DNA from: Spirochaetia bacterium
Lineage (GTDB): Bacteria; Spirochaetota; Spirochaetia; SZUA-6; Bin103
Reading direction: 5' to 3'
DNA: 64,000 bases
Assembly: GCA_965199955.1 (NCBI GenBank)
Contig: CBDATQ010000001.1
Location: 192,001 to 256,000, forward strand
This document shows positions 62,475 to 64,000 of the stretch, in pieces (positions within the stretch are counted from its first letter, which is position 1; each line of letters opens with the position of its first letter). Under the pieces are notes generated by a model. That model was not told where the DNA came from. It saw only the letters and a list, made by a program, of their open reading frames with translations, and did no database searches. The position numbers and the translations under genes were made by a program.

Positions 62475-63907
62475 CGCGGCCCCGCGTGCTGCCGCATCGC
62501 CAGCAGGTTCTCCGCCATGCTCAGCAGCGCGTCGGCATCTTCGACCCCGCGCGCCAGCGACGAGTAGCCCACCCTGAACTCCGGACGAACCTCGCCGATA
62601 TCGTCCGGCCAGGTCGTCTCGGACGCCCACCTGAGGAAGTCCAGCGCCAGCAGCGCCGCGCCGTCGAAGTCCAGGGCGGGACAGATCACCGCCAACTGGC
62701 CCTCGTGCTTGTAGTGGAAGCAGCGTACGGAGCCTGCCGCGGCCTCCTTCGCTGCGCGGAACACGCGCGCGACCACGTCCGCGGCGCGGTCCGGACCGGC
62801 GCCGCTCGCCAGGCGGTGGTAGTTGACGACCTCGATGAGGACGACGCTCAGGCTCCCCCCCTCGGCGGCGCGGCACGCCACCTCGGACGGCAACACCCGG
62901 GCGAGCTGCTCGAAACGCGGATAGCCGGTGTCCCCGGCCCGGTCGGAGGGCTCCAGGCCCGCTTCGTAGGCGATCGCCTGCTCGAGCGGCGCCGCCGCAA
63001 CCGCCGCGACCAGCAGCAGCAGGTGCTCGGTGTGGGCGTTGAACCGCTCGAACGGGAGGTCCTCGATGAGGATCACTCCCCAGGCGCGGGTGCCCGCGCG
63101 CAGCGGCGCCGCATAGACCACCGTGCTGCGGTCGACGCGGCGCAGCGTGTCGTAGCGCGCGAGGTGCTTGGCCGAGAACAGCCGGTCGTTGCGGAGCACC
63201 CAGCCCTCGATGCTGCCCGTGACCGGCAGGCGGCGCGCGGCGTCGTCCTCGGCGTCCCAGCCTGCCGTGACCCGGACCACGAGCTCACCGGCCTCCGCGT
63301 CGAGCTGCCACAGCGAGCAGCGCTCGGCGCCGGTGAGCTCCGTGACCGTGTCAAGCACCACGAGCAGCGTGTCCTCCACGTTCTGGGACGACAGCTCCCG
63401 CCAGCGGGCGTGCAGATACGCCAGCGAGTCGGGCTGGCCGCTCACCCGCCGCTCCAGCTCGCTCGTGGCGGCCAGCAGCGCCGTCCGCTGGCGGTCCACG
63501 ACGTCGCGCTCGCGACCGAGCTCGGCTGCCTCGCGCCGCAGGCGGCGCTCCCGCCTGGCGTGCGCGAAGTGGATCAGGCCGAACAGGAGGACACCGAGCA
63601 CGCCGGTCAGAGCGAGCATGGGCACCTGCGGGTCCGCGAGCGGACCGGTGGCGACCCAGTCGGCCGTGATGGTGAGCCGGGCCGGCGCGCGGGGCAGGAC
63701 CTCGAAGGCCAGATACGCCAGCGCCGCCCCCGCCGCCAGCGCGAGGTAGCCGGCCGTCCATCCGCGCAGGGCCGCCATCAGGAACGCCGCGAGCAGATAG
63801 GGATTGACGGCGGCGTCCAGCAGACCGGGATCGTCGGGAGCCAGCAGGTTGAGCCCGAACGCGGTTACTGCCAGGACGAGCGCCTCGATCAGGGACCTGG
63901 CCCGCAC
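62471..63907 (-). CDS. PelD-like membrane protein: TM region + GAF + degenerate GGDEF
   Basis: DDPGLL...NPYLLAAFLMAALRG; coiled coil; GAF (GSIEGWV, LPFERFN); GGDEF-fold C-terminus without the GGDEF motif. Confidence 0.75.
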   Translation of the reverse strand: MRARSLIEALVLAVTAFGLNLLAPDDPGLLDAAVNPYLLAAFLMAALRGWTAGYLALAAGAALAYLAFEVLPRAPARLTITADWVATGPLADPQVPMLALTGVLGVLLFGLIHFAHARRERRLRREAAELGRERDVVDRQRTALLAATSELERRVSGQPDSLAYLHARWRELSSQNVEDTLLVVLDTVTELTGAERCSLWQLDAEAGELVVRVTAGWDAEDDAARRLPVTGSIEGWVLRNDRLFSAKHLARYDTLRRVDRSTVVYAAPLRAGTRAWGVILIEDLPFERFNAHTEHLLLLVAAVAAAPLEQAIAYEAGLEPSDRAGDTGYPRFEQLARVLPSEVACRAAEGGSLSVVLIEVVNYHRLASGAGPDRAADVVARVFRAAKEAAAGSVRCFHYKHEGQLAVICPALDFDGAALLALDFLRWASETTWPDDIGEVRPEFRVGYSSLARGVEDADALLSMAENLLAMRQHAGPR

Positions 63908-64000
63908 CGCGGTGCCTCTCAGGCGCGGGCCATCGCGGCCGATGCCCCGCGCGCCGTGTTGCGGCGCTGGGCGCGGAACAGGGTCCGCGGTGCGGTGCCG

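Overview
GC-rich (roughly 70% by eye) bacterial chromosome segment, most likely Spirochaetota. This is inferred from the spirochaete-style RecQ, CarD and Hsp70-SBD-like proteins, and was not checked by any search. Most of the window is housekeeping and metabolic: clpX (partial), carD, rrf2-sufBCDSU-nfu, dinJ-yafQ, two ABC exporters, nadA/nadC/nadB, a Na+-pumping acyl-CoA decarboxylase, fabV, xylonate/KDX dehydratases, split pntA1/A2/B, lhgO, methyltransferase-bshC-bshA-hemC, an Mre11/Rad50-like pair and a PelD-like gene. About 45.1-49.6 kb is a decayed accessory island with an IS remnant, a broken Rep-like gene and a dNTPase-like pseudogene. Top candidates for something new: (1) a 43-nt structured leader present twice at identical spacing to the ATG of two ABC-operon genes (33.3 and 35.1 kb), with competing hairpins over the RBS, a candidate riboswitch or attenuator; (2) an apparent N-methyl-bacillithiol operon; (3) an amidohydrolase-fold oxygenase/Rieske/PRT trio; (4) a PelD-like gene coupled to an Hsp70-SBD/PelE-like fusion; (5) a K+-channel homolog with a non-canonical filter. 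No rRNA, tRNA or CRISPR array was recognised. All functional calls come from motif recognition by eye.
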